A DNA stretch of 53,456 nucleotides. It comes from a virus. The stretch is taken from IMG/VR virus record IMGVR_UViG_3300017659_000001. One strand, given 5' to 3'. Position 1 is the first letter of the stretch; every line of letters begins with the position of its first letter. Both the position numbers and the translations under genes were made by a program. The notes under the pieces are model-generated. The model ran no database searches. It saw nothing but the letters and a program-made list of their open reading frames with translations, and was not told the DNA's origin. Positions 8,896-16,334 of the stretch are shown one piece after another.

Positions 8896-9146
8896 TGCCG
8901 TACGTGTACCGCTGCCGAAGATGCCGCGCCTCCAGCCCACCAGGCCCGCGCCATGACGCGGAGGCGTACCGGCAGCAGCACCGCGACGAGCGACACGGCG
9001 GCCTGGTCCCCGACGGCGAAACCCTCGACCGTGTGCCCGGCAGCACCCCGGATCCGGACGGCCGGTACGTGAGCACTACGGCGGTGGTCGGCGGTCTGGC
9101 GCTCCTGGCGCTGGCCTCGGTGATCGCGCGGGCCCTCGGCCACTGA
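8895..9146 (+). CDS. Zinc-ribbon-like, tail-anchored small protein (83 aa)
   Basis: ATG 8895 in ORF 8265..9146. CRRCR near the N-terminus. C-terminal VVGGLALLALASVIA. Confidence 0.6.
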   Translation: MPYVYRCRRCRASSPPGPRHDAEAYRQQHRDERHGGLVPDGETLDRVPGSTPDPDGRYVSTTAVVGGLALLALASVIARALGH

Positions 9147-9157
9147 CCCCACAAGCC

Positions 9158-9200
9158 CCGGGCGGGCCGCTCCATCCGCAAGAGAGCGCGGCCCGCCCGG
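9158..9200 (+). terminator. GC hairpin (13-bp perfect stem, 17-nt loop)
   Basis: ccgggcgggccgc...gcggcccgcccgg, read directly. Confidence 0.55.
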
Positions 9201-9232
9201 TCCCATCCCAACCACGAGACAGGAGCACCATC

Positions 9233-9403
9233 ATGCTCGGATTCGGCCACCAGGACGAGACCAGCAAACTCCGCGACACCGTCGACGAGCTACCCGCGCG
9301 CGTCGACCAGTGGACCGACGCCCAGCACGCCACGTTCACGACGCAGTCCGACCGCGCGATGCGCCAGCAGAACGGGGTCTCTGAGCCCGACGAGCTGACC
9401 TGA
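9233..9403 (+). CDS. Hypothetical protein (56 aa)
   Basis: Hand-translated: MLGFGHQDETSKLRDTVDELPARVDQWTDAQHATF.... AGGAG 7 nt upstream. Too short for the ORF track. Confidence 0.5.
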   Translation: MLGFGHQDETSKLRDTVDELPARVDQWTDAQHATFTTQSDRAMRQQNGVSEPDELT

Positions 9404-9430
9404 TCAGCACCACACCGGCACACTGAAGCC

Positions 9431-9464
9431 AGGCCTCGCCGCGCACCCCCCCTCGCGGCGGGGC
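9431..9464 (+). terminator. GC hairpin (12-bp stem with one G-U pair)
   Basis: ggcctcgccgcg...cgcggcggggcc, read directly. Confidence 0.4.
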
Positions 9465-9495
9465 CGCCGTACACGATCACTCCGAAAGGCCGCAC

Positions 9496-9708
9496 ATGAT
9501 CGACCGCAGTCTGTACGCCGACCTCGCGCCCGTCGCCGGTCCCCGCCGCACACCGCGACACGCTGCGGCCCGGCCGCGCCAGCACACGCCGATCGGAGCA
9601 CCCCGCAACCAGGCCGCGCAGGCACAGGCCATCGGCCGGCTGAAGCACGCCGACGGCTCGCCGAGGAAGCGGAAGGGGAAGCGGATCGCGTTCAACGCGT
9701 CCGTCTGA
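9496..9708 (+). CDS. Possible basic small protein (70 aa)
   Basis: ORF track. GAAAGG upstream. Arg/Pro-rich composition makes it uncertain. Confidence 0.35.
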   Translation: MIDRSLYADLAPVAGPRRTPRHAAARPRQHTPIGAPRNQAAQAQAIGRLKHADGSPRKRKGKRIAFNASV

Positions 9709-9722
9709 CACCGCAAGCACGG

Positions 9723-9753
9723 GGCCCCGCCGGGCAACTCGTCCGGCGGGGCC
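9723..9753 (+). terminator. GC hairpin (11-bp perfect stem, 9-nt loop)
   Basis: ggccccgccgg-gcaactcgt-ccggcggggcc, read directly. Confidence 0.55.
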
Positions 9754-9826
9754 TTCGCCATTTCCGCCCCCGGCCGCCAGCCGCCAGAGCTACGATCCCC
9801 CGCACACCGACAGTCCTGGGGGGACC

Positions 9827-10087
9827 ATGGCGAGTTACAGCGACGTACAGAAGGCCGTGCGCGTGGAGAAGCTCCGCATCTGGCTTGCGTGGCTGTGCGG
9901 GAACTTCATCCTGCTGATGATCGCGGTGGCGACGCAGCATGTGGCGGTCGTCAGCGTGGTGACGCTGGTGCTCCTCGTCGCGGGGTTCCTTGCGCTGACG
10001 GTGGCCCTGTTCCGGATGACGGGCGCCCTGAACCGGAAGGCCGATGCTGCGCGGCGTGAGGTGCTGGGGGACGACTACCCGGGCTGA
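9827..10087 (+). CDS. Two-TM membrane protein (86 aa), moron-like
   Basis: ORF track. IWLAWLCGNFILLMIAVA and VVSVVTLVLLVAGFLALTVALF. Flanked by hairpins. Confidence 0.7.
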   Translation: MASYSDVQKAVRVEKLRIWLAWLCGNFILLMIAVATQHVAVVSVVTLVLLVAGFLALTVALFRMTGALNRKADAARREVLGDDYPG

Positions 10088-10238
10088 GCGTCACCCGTTC
10101 GTGGTGGTGACAGGCCCTGCGGATGGGGCGTAGCGTCCCGGGGAGCGGCAGTCGGGGGGCGCCCCGGCATCGCAGTGCTGGGCGGTGGGTTGGAGCTGCG
10201 AACTTCCCCCACCCCGGGCTGCCGCGTGAACGTTGATC

Positions 10239-10268
10239 GGCCCCGCTCCGGGTTGTCCGGGCGGGGCC
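10239..10268. terminator. Hairpin between convergent genes
   Basis: ggccccgc(t)ccgg-gttgt-ccgggcggggcc, read directly. Confidence 0.5.
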
Positions 10269-10284
10269 GTCGTCATGCGGTGGG

Positions 10285-10512
10285 TTACTCGCTGGGGACG
10301 CAGGCGCCCATCAGGATGAACCGCCGCCAGTTGGGCCGGGGCTTGGCAACCCATCCGCAGGTGACGCAGAGGCCTTTCCAGTCGGGCGGCCCGAGGTCGG
10401 GTGCCCGGCCGGGGTCGCGGCCGGTCCAGAGGTGGCCTTTCGGTAGGCACCAGCGGGCGTATCCGTATGCCTGTCCGGCTGCCTCTCGGAGGGCGGTGAC
10501 GGGGCTGGTCAC
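10285..10512 (-). CDS. Cys-containing small protein (75 aa), third gene of the minus-strand operon
   Basis: GTG 10512 with a GTGA overlap on 10509..10709, in the frame of ORF 10285..11520. ARWC...LCVTCGW...GAC. Confidence 0.5.
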   Translation of the reverse strand: MTSPVTALREAAGQAYGYARWCLPKGHLWTGRDPGRAPDLGPPDWKGLCVTCGWVAKPRPNWRRFILMGACVPSE

Positions 10513-10709
10513 GCGGGCTCCTCGCCCGGGCGCACCGGGCCCGCAAGCGGGAACCGGGTGCGCGGAGGGCCGAACGGTACGACACGCTTGCCCGGTTCCA
10601 GAGGCGGCTGGGACTCGGCGATGAGGGCGAAGTGCTCGGCTTCGAGGTAAAGGGTGTCGACGACGCTGGGCTCCTCGCCGGGCTGGGGCTCGGGCTGCTG
10701 CTCGCTCAT
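10509..10709 (-). CDS. Acidic/Pro-rich small protein (66 aa)
   Basis: ORF track. ATGA overlap with the upstream gene. Confidence 0.55.
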   Translation of the reverse strand: MSEQQPEPQPGEEPSVVDTLYLEAEHFALIAESQPPLEPGKRVVPFGPPRTRFPLAGPVRPGEEPA

Positions 10710-10957
10710 GCGGTCTGCTCCTTCTTCGGCCGGCCACCCTTGCGCGCGCGGCGCTCGGCCAACTCCTCCTCGGCTGCGGCCAGCTCGGCGCGTTCGTGCT
10801 CGGTGCCGTGCTGCTCGATGAACGTGCGGACGTGGTCGACGAGGTCGGCGCTGCGGTCAACGCCTTGTCGCGCGGCGGCTGTTCCGTAGGCGTTCCACAT
10901 GCGGCGGGGGATGCGGAAGCGGGTGGCGAAGGTGTGGTCGGTGGTGTCGTCTGCCAT
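10706..10957 (-). CDS. Ribbon-helix-helix-like DNA-binding protein (83 aa)
   Basis: ATG 10957 in ORF 10706..10975, preceded by AAAGG. N-terminal beta-strand-like FATRFRIPRRMWNAYG followed by helices. Confidence 0.6.
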   Translation of the reverse strand: MADDTTDHTFATRFRIPRRMWNAYGTAAARQGVDRSADLVDHVRTFIEQHGTEHERAELAAAEEELAERRARKGGRPKKEQTA

Positions 10958-10993
10958 GCCTTTATGTTCCCACACGGATTTCTCAGCGCAACC

Positions 10994-11037
10994 CCTTGTG
11001 TGGGTACACGGTTACGCGTTACTGTGTACCCACAAGG
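10994..11037. promoter_or_regulatory. Large imperfect inverted repeat in a divergent intergenic region
   Basis: CCTTGTG(tg)GGTACAC-N14-GTGTACCCACAAGG, read directly. Lies between the 10957 (-) and 11059 (+) starts. Confidence 0.55.
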
Positions 11038-11058
11038 AAGCGAACGAGGGGGAACCAA

Positions 11059-11400
11059 ATGAACGCCGCAGCCACCACCCACCACACCAACTGCCTCCGC
11101 TGCGGCCGCAAGCTCACCTCGACGAAGTCCACGGCCACCGGCTACGGCCCCAAGTGCGCCGCCCACATCCGCCACTCCGCCGCCGACACCACCGACTACA
11201 AGGCCCACCAGATCACCTCCGCCCGCGAGCTCATCGAAGACGGCGCCATCGTCCCCCTCCGCAGCGTGGTGTTCATCGCCGTCAGCACCGACGGGACCGA
11301 GACCTACAAGACCGCCCCCACCGCCTGCAACTGCCCCGCCGGCCTGAAGGGCTCGCGCTGCTACCACCAGCTCGCCGCCCGCCTCCTGCTCGCGGCCTGA
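11059..11400 (+). CDS. Zinc-finger protein: CxxCGRxL...GxGPxC N-terminal motif (DUF6011-like, from memory) plus SWIM-type CxC...CxH
   Basis: ATG 11059 in ORF 10996..11400. CLRCGRKLTSTKSTATGYGPKC and CNCPAGLKGSRCYH. Confidence 0.75.
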   Translation: MNAAATTHHTNCLRCGRKLTSTKSTATGYGPKCAAHIRHSAADTTDYKAHQITSARELIEDGAIVPLRSVVFIAVSTDGTETYKTAPTACNCPAGLKGSRCYHQLAARLLLAA

Positions 11401-11412
11401 GAGGACAACCCA

Positions 11413-11580
11413 ATGAAGATCTCTATCACCCTGACCATCGACGTTGACCCCGAGCAGTGGGCCGACAACTACGGCATCGAGAAGAGCGACGTGCGTGGGG
11501 ACGTCAAGACCTACGTGCACAACGCGGTCCAGCAGGCTCCTGGCATGCAGGACGTCGACGCCGAGGTTCGCGTCCGCTGA
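11413..11580 (+). CDS. Hypothetical protein (55 aa)
   Basis: Hand-translated: MKISITLTIDVDPEQWADNYGIEKSDVRGDVKTYVHNAVQQ.... Too short for the ORF track. Confidence 0.55.
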   Translation: MKISITLTIDVDPEQWADNYGIEKSDVRGDVKTYVHNAVQQAPGMQDVDAEVRVR

Positions 11581-11730
11581 ACCGCTCGCCCGGCTCTACG
11601 GGGCCGGGCCACCGTCACCGTCCTCTACCCCGTCGACTGCCCCATCGCCCGCCGCGTCCAACTCCTCGCCGACGCGCTGGCCGCCTGACCGCCCTACGCT
11701 GAACCCGCCACCACCAACCAGGGAGAACCC

Positions 11731-11931
11731 ATGCTCATCGCCTACGACTTCGGCGACTCCGTCCACGTCCTCGACGTCGACGAGTTCGGTGTCGCACTGC
11801 CCGACTCGGCCGACGTACTGCCGCTCGACGGCGACCGGGACGAGACGCTCGACAGCGCCGGGTACCGCGTCGTCGGCGACTGGACGCTCCAGGGCGAAGC
11901 GGAGGGCGTCACCGTCGAGCGCCACGTCTGA
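11731..11931 (+). CDS. Acidic small protein (66 aa)
   Basis: ORF track. GGGAG upstream. Confidence 0.6.
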   Translation: MLIAYDFGDSVHVLDVDEFGVALPDSADVLPLDGDRDETLDSAGYRVVGDWTLQGEAEGVTVERHV

Positions 11932-12067
11932 CCCCGCGCACGCCGAAGGCCCCGATCCCGCCGCCAGGGAGATCGAGGCCTTCACCACGCGCGCACCGTC
12001 CACCAGTTGCACTCGCCGTTACCATCAAACCACGACAGACGGTAACGCAACCAGGGAGGCGACAACC

Positions 12068-12577
12068 ATGGCCAACCCCAACCAGCACTCCCGCGACGGC
12101 CGAGGCCACTACGTCCGCACCCCCGAAAGCGCACGCCGCGACGCCCGCGCCGCCGAACTCCGCGCCGAAGGCCTGAGCTACCAGCAAATCGGCGACGAAC
12201 TCGGCATCGACAAAACCAACGCCCGCATGGCCGTACGCCGCGCCCTCCGCGAAATCGTCCAAGGCCCCGCCGAAAACCTCCTCGCCCTCCACATCGAACG
12301 CCTCGAAACCCTCTACGAGCGGGCCACGGAAGTCATGGAGCGCCAGCACGTTGTCGTCTCCTACGGACAGATCATGAAAGACGAGGACGGCAACCCACTC
12401 ATCGACTCCGGGCCCGAACTCGCCGCCATCCGCGAGGCACGCGCCACCCTCGAATCGTTCCGCAAGCTCGCCGGCCTCGACGCCCCCTCCCGCGTGAGCG
12501 TCGACGCACAGCAACTCGGCGACGAGATCGCCGCTCTCCTCAACCGCGCCACCACCGATGACGGCACCAGCGGCTGA
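12068..12577 (+). CDS. terS: Terminase small subunit (HTH)
   Basis: ATG 12068 in ORF 11444..12577. LSYQQIGDELGIDKTNARMAVRRAL. Overlaps the TerL start. Confidence 0.75.
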   Translation: MANPNQHSRDGRGHYVRTPESARRDARAAELRAEGLSYQQIGDELGIDKTNARMAVRRALREIVQGPAENLLALHIERLETLYERATEVMERQHVVVSYGQIMKDEDGNPLIDSGPELAAIREARATLESFRKLAGLDAPSRVSVDAQQLGDEIAALLNRATTDDGTSG

Positions 12578-14063
12578 CGTCGCGCGGATCCGCGCCCAAG
12601 TCGACCAGCTCGTACGCGCCGGCGACACCCGGCAGCTGAAGCTCCTGCGCGATCAGTTGAAGACCCTCGTCGACCGCAACGCGCTCGCCGGCCGGACCGC
12701 GAAGTACGGGGCACATCCGGTCCGCTGGGTGGAGGAGCGCCTTAACCAGACCGTGTGGTCGAAGCAGCGGGAAATCCTCAACGCCGTCCGCGACCACCGC
12801 CGCACCGCGGTCCGCTCCGGGCATGGCGTCGGCAAGAGCTGGACGGCCGCGCTGATCGCCTGCTGGTGGCTCGACACCCACCCGCCTGGCGAAGCCTTCG
12901 TCGTCAGCACGGCGCCCACCTTCTCCCAGGTGCGGGCCATCCTCTGGCGGTACATCCGCAAGCACCACCGCGCCGGCCAGCTCGCAGGCCGCGTCAACCA
13001 GACCGAATGGCTGATCGACGACGAACTCGTCGGCTACGGCCGCAAGCCCGCCGACACCGACGCGGACGGCTTCCAGGGCATCCACGCCCGCTACGTCCTC
13101 GTCATCCTCGACGAGGCGTGCGGCATCCCCGAGCAGTTGTGGACGGCGGCGGACGCGCTGACGACCGGGCCGGACTGCCGGATCATCGCGATCGGAAACC
13201 CGGACAACGCCGCGAGCCACTTCCGCCGCGTGTGCATTCCCGGCTCCGGTTGGCATCAGCTGTCCATCAGCGCCTTCGACTCCCCGAACCTGACCGGAGA
13301 GGACGTGCCGCAGGACATGGCCGCCGCGCTCGTCGGCCGCGAGTGGGTGGAGGAGAAGGGGCGCGAGTGGGGCACAGAGAACCCGGTCTACCGCAGCAAG
13401 GTCCTCGGAGAGTTCTCCGAAGACGCCCCGAACAAGGTCGTCCGCGGCTCCGACATCGCGAAGTGCCGGGCCCCCCTGGAGAAGCCGCTGGCCGCTGACA
13501 AGCTCGTCCCCGTCGAGCTTGGCGTCGACGTCGGTGGCGGCGGAGACGAGACCGTCATCCGCGAGCGCCGCGGTGCGCGCGCCGGCCGGGAGTGGCGGGC
13601 CCACACGGACCGCCCGGAGAAGATTGCTCCGCTCGTGTTGCAGGCCCTTACGGAGTCCGGCGCGACCGCAGTGAAAGTCGACAGCATCGGCATCGGCTTC
13701 GGTGTGATCGGAGAACTCCGCAACCTCGCATCGCAGGGCAAGCACAAGGCTCAGATCGTCGCGGTGAACGTGTCGGAGAAGTCCAGCCAGCCGGACAAGT
13801 TCAAGAACCTGCGGGCGGAGATCTGGTGGGAGATCGGCCGCGGCTTGTCGGAGCGGCAGGGCTGGGATCTCAGCGAGATGGCGAACGCGGACACGACGGT
13901 GGCGCAGATGCTGGAGCCGTTGTGGGAGGTCGATGCGCAGGGCCGGATCTTTGTGGAGCCGAAGGACGAGATTCGGAAGCGGCTCGGCAGGTCGCCGGAT
14001 AACGCGGATGCGCTCCTTTTGGCATATTTTTCCGGCGCCCGAACTCGGGTGCGCTGGCTGTGA
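12558..14063 (+). CDS. terL: Terminase large subunit
   Basis: ORF track. Walker A GHGVGKSW, Walker B VLVILDEA. Nuclease-domain GVDVGGGGDE. Sits upstream of the portal. Confidence 0.95.
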   Translation: MTAPAADVARIRAQVDQLVRAGDTRQLKLLRDQLKTLVDRNALAGRTAKYGAHPVRWVEERLNQTVWSKQREILNAVRDHRRTAVRSGHGVGKSWTAALIACWWLDTHPPGEAFVVSTAPTFSQVRAILWRYIRKHHRAGQLAGRVNQTEWLIDDELVGYGRKPADTDADGFQGIHARYVLVILDEACGIPEQLWTAADALTTGPDCRIIAIGNPDNAASHFRRVCIPGSGWHQLSISAFDSPNLTGEDVPQDMAAALVGREWVEEKGREWGTENPVYRSKVLGEFSEDAPNKVVRGSDIAKCRAPLEKPLAADKLVPVELGVDVGGGGDETVIRERRGARAGREWRAHTDRPEKIAPLVLQALTESGATAVKVDSIGIGFGVIGELRNLASQGKHKAQIVAVNVSEKSSQPDKFKNLRAEIWWEIGRGLSERQGWDLSEMANADTTVAQMLEPLWEVDAQGRIFVEPKDEIRKRLGRSPDNADALLLAYFSGARTRVRWL

Positions 14064-14080
14064 TTTCTGGAGGATTTGCG

Positions 14081-14260
14081 GTGAAGTGGTCCAGTCTTGC
14101 CATTCGACTGAAGAATTTGCGGTCAGCTAGCCTGTTGACAGGAGGATTTACACTCATCTCAACTGGGCTCGGGATGCACTTCGGCCTCTGGATCGGCCTG
14201 CTCATCGCCGGAGTGCTCGCCGTCGCCTACGAGTGGCACCTGAGCCGCCCGCCGAACTGA
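14081..14260 (+). CDS. Small membrane protein in a visibly GC-poor patch (59 aa; the ORF is open from 14060)
   Basis: GGAGGA 6 nt before GTG 14081. FGLWIGLLIAGVLAVAY. Confidence 0.5.
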   Translation: MKWSSLAIRLKNLRSASLLTGGFTLISTGLGMHFGLWIGLLIAGVLAVAYEWHLSRPPN

Positions 14261-14276
14261 CAGCAAGGGAGGGACC

Positions 14277-16334
14277 GTGGGCAGAAGCTTCCTCGGATCC
14301 CTCGCCAACGCCGCAGGAAGCCTCCGCACCCGCGAAACCTCCACCCCCGTCCCCTTCGCCTCCCGCGCGCAGTCCTACGGCCGCGGGCTCTTCGGCAGCC
14401 AGCGCGGCACCACCGCCGAACTCGGCTCCATGGGCGCCGTCTCCACCGTCTTCGCCATCGTCAACCGCACCGCCAAGGCCGAGGCCGGCGTCGAGTGGGG
14501 CCTGTACCGCAAGGCGAAGAGCGGGAAGAAGGAAGACCGCACCCCGGTCACCGCGCACGCCGCGCTCGACCTGTGGAACCGGCCGAACGCCTTCTACACG
14601 CAGTCCGTATTCGTCGAAGCCGGGGCGCAGCACAAGCAGCTCACCGGGGAGCAGTGGTGGGTGATCGCCCGGGACGAGCGGGTGAACCTGCCGCTGGAGA
14701 TGTGGGTGGTGCGCCCGGACCGGATCCGCCCGGTGCCGGACCCGGAGCAGTTCCTGCTGGGCTACATGTACACCGGCCCGGACGGGCAGGAAGTGGCGCT
14801 CGGCAAGGACGACGTCATCTTCACGCGGACCCCGCACCCCACGGACCCGTACCGCGGCATCGGCCCGGTGCAGGCCCTCCTCACCGACCTCGACGCGGTG
14901 CGCTACTCGGCCGAGTGGAACCGGAACTTCTTCCTCAACTCGGCTGAGCCGGGCGGGATCATCGAAGTCCCTCAGGGACTCAGCGATCCCGACTTCGACC
15001 AGCTCCGCGACCGGTGGAACGAGCAGCACAAGGGCATCGCCAACGCACACCGTGTGGCGATCCTCGAACACGGCACGTGGAAAGACCGCAAGTTCACGCA
15101 GCGGGACATGCAGTTCGTCGAACTCCGCAACGTCTCCCGCGAGGTCATCCGCGAGGCGTTCGGCTTCCCGAAGCCCATGCTCGGCGCCGTCGACGACGTC
15201 AACCGCGCCAACGGCGACTCCGGCGAGCGGATGTTCGCCCGCTGGCTCGTCGTCCCCGACCTTGAAGCCGTCAAGGACGCGCTGAACAACCAGCTCCTCC
15301 CGCTGTACGGCGCCACAGCGCAGGGCCTGGAGTTCGACTTCGTCAACCCTGTCCCCGACGACGTGGCGACCGAGGCCACACAGCTGACCGCGCGGGCGAA
15401 CGCGGCGAAGGCGCTCGGCGAGACCGGCCTGTGGGACGCGGACGACATCCTCTCCGCCGTCGGCCTGCCGGAGATGCGGCGCGCAGCCGCCCCGGCCGCG
15501 CCGGCAGCGTCGTGGGATGAGGCGGTCGCCGGGCTCACCCGCGGCGCCCCGGTGCTGCGCAACGCCGCCACCGACCCCCTCGACCAGATGCAGAAGGATC
15601 ACGAGAGCGCCCTCACCGTGCTCCTCACCGACTTCGCGCCGATCACCGACGAGTGGATCGACCAGCTCGGCACACAGATCGAGCAGGCCATCGACGACGA
15701 TGACACGGCCGCCCTCGCCACGCTCACCCTCGACTCCACCCGGGCCGCCGACACCGTGCGGACCGCGCTCGGAGCAGCAGCGCAGCAGGCCGCGGACCGC
15801 ACGGTCGACGAAGCCCGCAGACAGGGCGCGACCGTGACGGCCCCGCAGGTTGCCGAGTCGCTGACCGCGCGCCTGCGCCCCGGGCAGATCGTCAACTTCG
15901 GTGACGAACTGGCCGCGATCGCCACCGCCGTCGCCACGCTCATCGCTTCCGGTCTCGCAGCGTCGGCGGCTCAGGAAGCCGTCCGCCGCTTCCTGCCCGG
16001 CGTATCCGGCTCGCACGTCGCGAACGCCGTGAAGAACACGCTGCGGACGCTGAAGAACGCGTTCCGTCGCGACCAGCTCGGCGGCGCTGTCCACCGGGCG
16101 CAGAACGTGGGCCGGATCGCCACCCTCGAAGCCGCGCCGGTCGCCCGGTGGGTGGCCAGCGAAAAAAACGACGGCAACGCCTGCGCCCCGTGCCGCGCCA
16201 TCGACGGCCACGAGTTCACGTCGCTTGCCGATGTCACGGCCGCCTACGGGGCCGGCCCGTATCACGCGTGTGAGGGCGGTATCCGCTGCCGGGGAACGGT
16301 GACGGCCTTCTGGGACACGACGGGAGACATCTGA
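14277..16334 (+). CDS. Portal protein fused to a Mu F/SPP1 gp7-like minor head domain
   Basis: ORF track, 685 aa, directly after the terminase. C-terminal NDGNACAPCRAIDGHEF...YHACEGGIRCRG is typical of MuF-like head proteins. Confidence 0.9.
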   Translation: MGRSFLGSLANAAGSLRTRETSTPVPFASRAQSYGRGLFGSQRGTTAELGSMGAVSTVFAIVNRTAKAEAGVEWGLYRKAKSGKKEDRTPVTAHAALDLWNRPNAFYTQSVFVEAGAQHKQLTGEQWWVIARDERVNLPLEMWVVRPDRIRPVPDPEQFLLGYMYTGPDGQEVALGKDDVIFTRTPHPTDPYRGIGPVQALLTDLDAVRYSAEWNRNFFLNSAEPGGIIEVPQGLSDPDFDQLRDRWNEQHKGIANAHRVAILEHGTWKDRKFTQRDMQFVELRNVSREVIREAFGFPKPMLGAVDDVNRANGDSGERMFARWLVVPDLEAVKDALNNQLLPLYGATAQGLEFDFVNPVPDDVATEATQLTARANAAKALGETGLWDADDILSAVGLPEMRRAAAPAAPAASWDEAVAGLTRGAPVLRNAATDPLDQMQKDHESALTVLLTDFAPITDEWIDQLGTQIEQAIDDDDTAALATLTLDSTRAADTVRTALGAAAQQAADRTVDEARRQGATVTAPQVAESLTARLRPGQIVNFGDELAAIATAVATLIASGLAASAAQEAVRRFLPGVSGSHVANAVKNTLRTLKNAFRRDQLGGAVHRAQNVGRIATLEAAPVARWVASEKNDGNACAPCRAIDGHEFTSLADVTAAYGAGPYHACEGGIRCRGTVTAFWDTTGDI

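Noticed and set aside
10088-10238. Possible tRNA or tmRNA-like gene in the structured gap; also checked in the attP region 37508..37916.
   Set aside because: There is no GTTCRANYC T-loop with a 5-bp stem, no 7-bp acceptor stem and no anticodon-arm geometry on either strand. The stems are long GC hairpins typical of terminators.
14134-14160. TTGACA followed by AGGAGG inside the small ORF after TerL, as an internal promoter plus RBS.
   Set aside because: There is no -10-like hexamer at 16-19 bp and no start codon at a workable distance from the AGGAGG. The motif is explained by in-frame codons (ctg ttg aca gga gga).
14202-16265. 687-aa ORF on the minus strand, antisense to the portal gene. The same applies to 24259..26022, 26951..28276, 29287..31953, 12540..13745, 17002..18768 and 47507..49414 on the minus strand.
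   Set aside because: These are mirror-frame artefacts of a GC3-rich genome. Their products are Arg/Gly/Val/Pro low-complexity sequence without motifs, and each lies entirely inside a well-supported structural or replication gene on the other strand.
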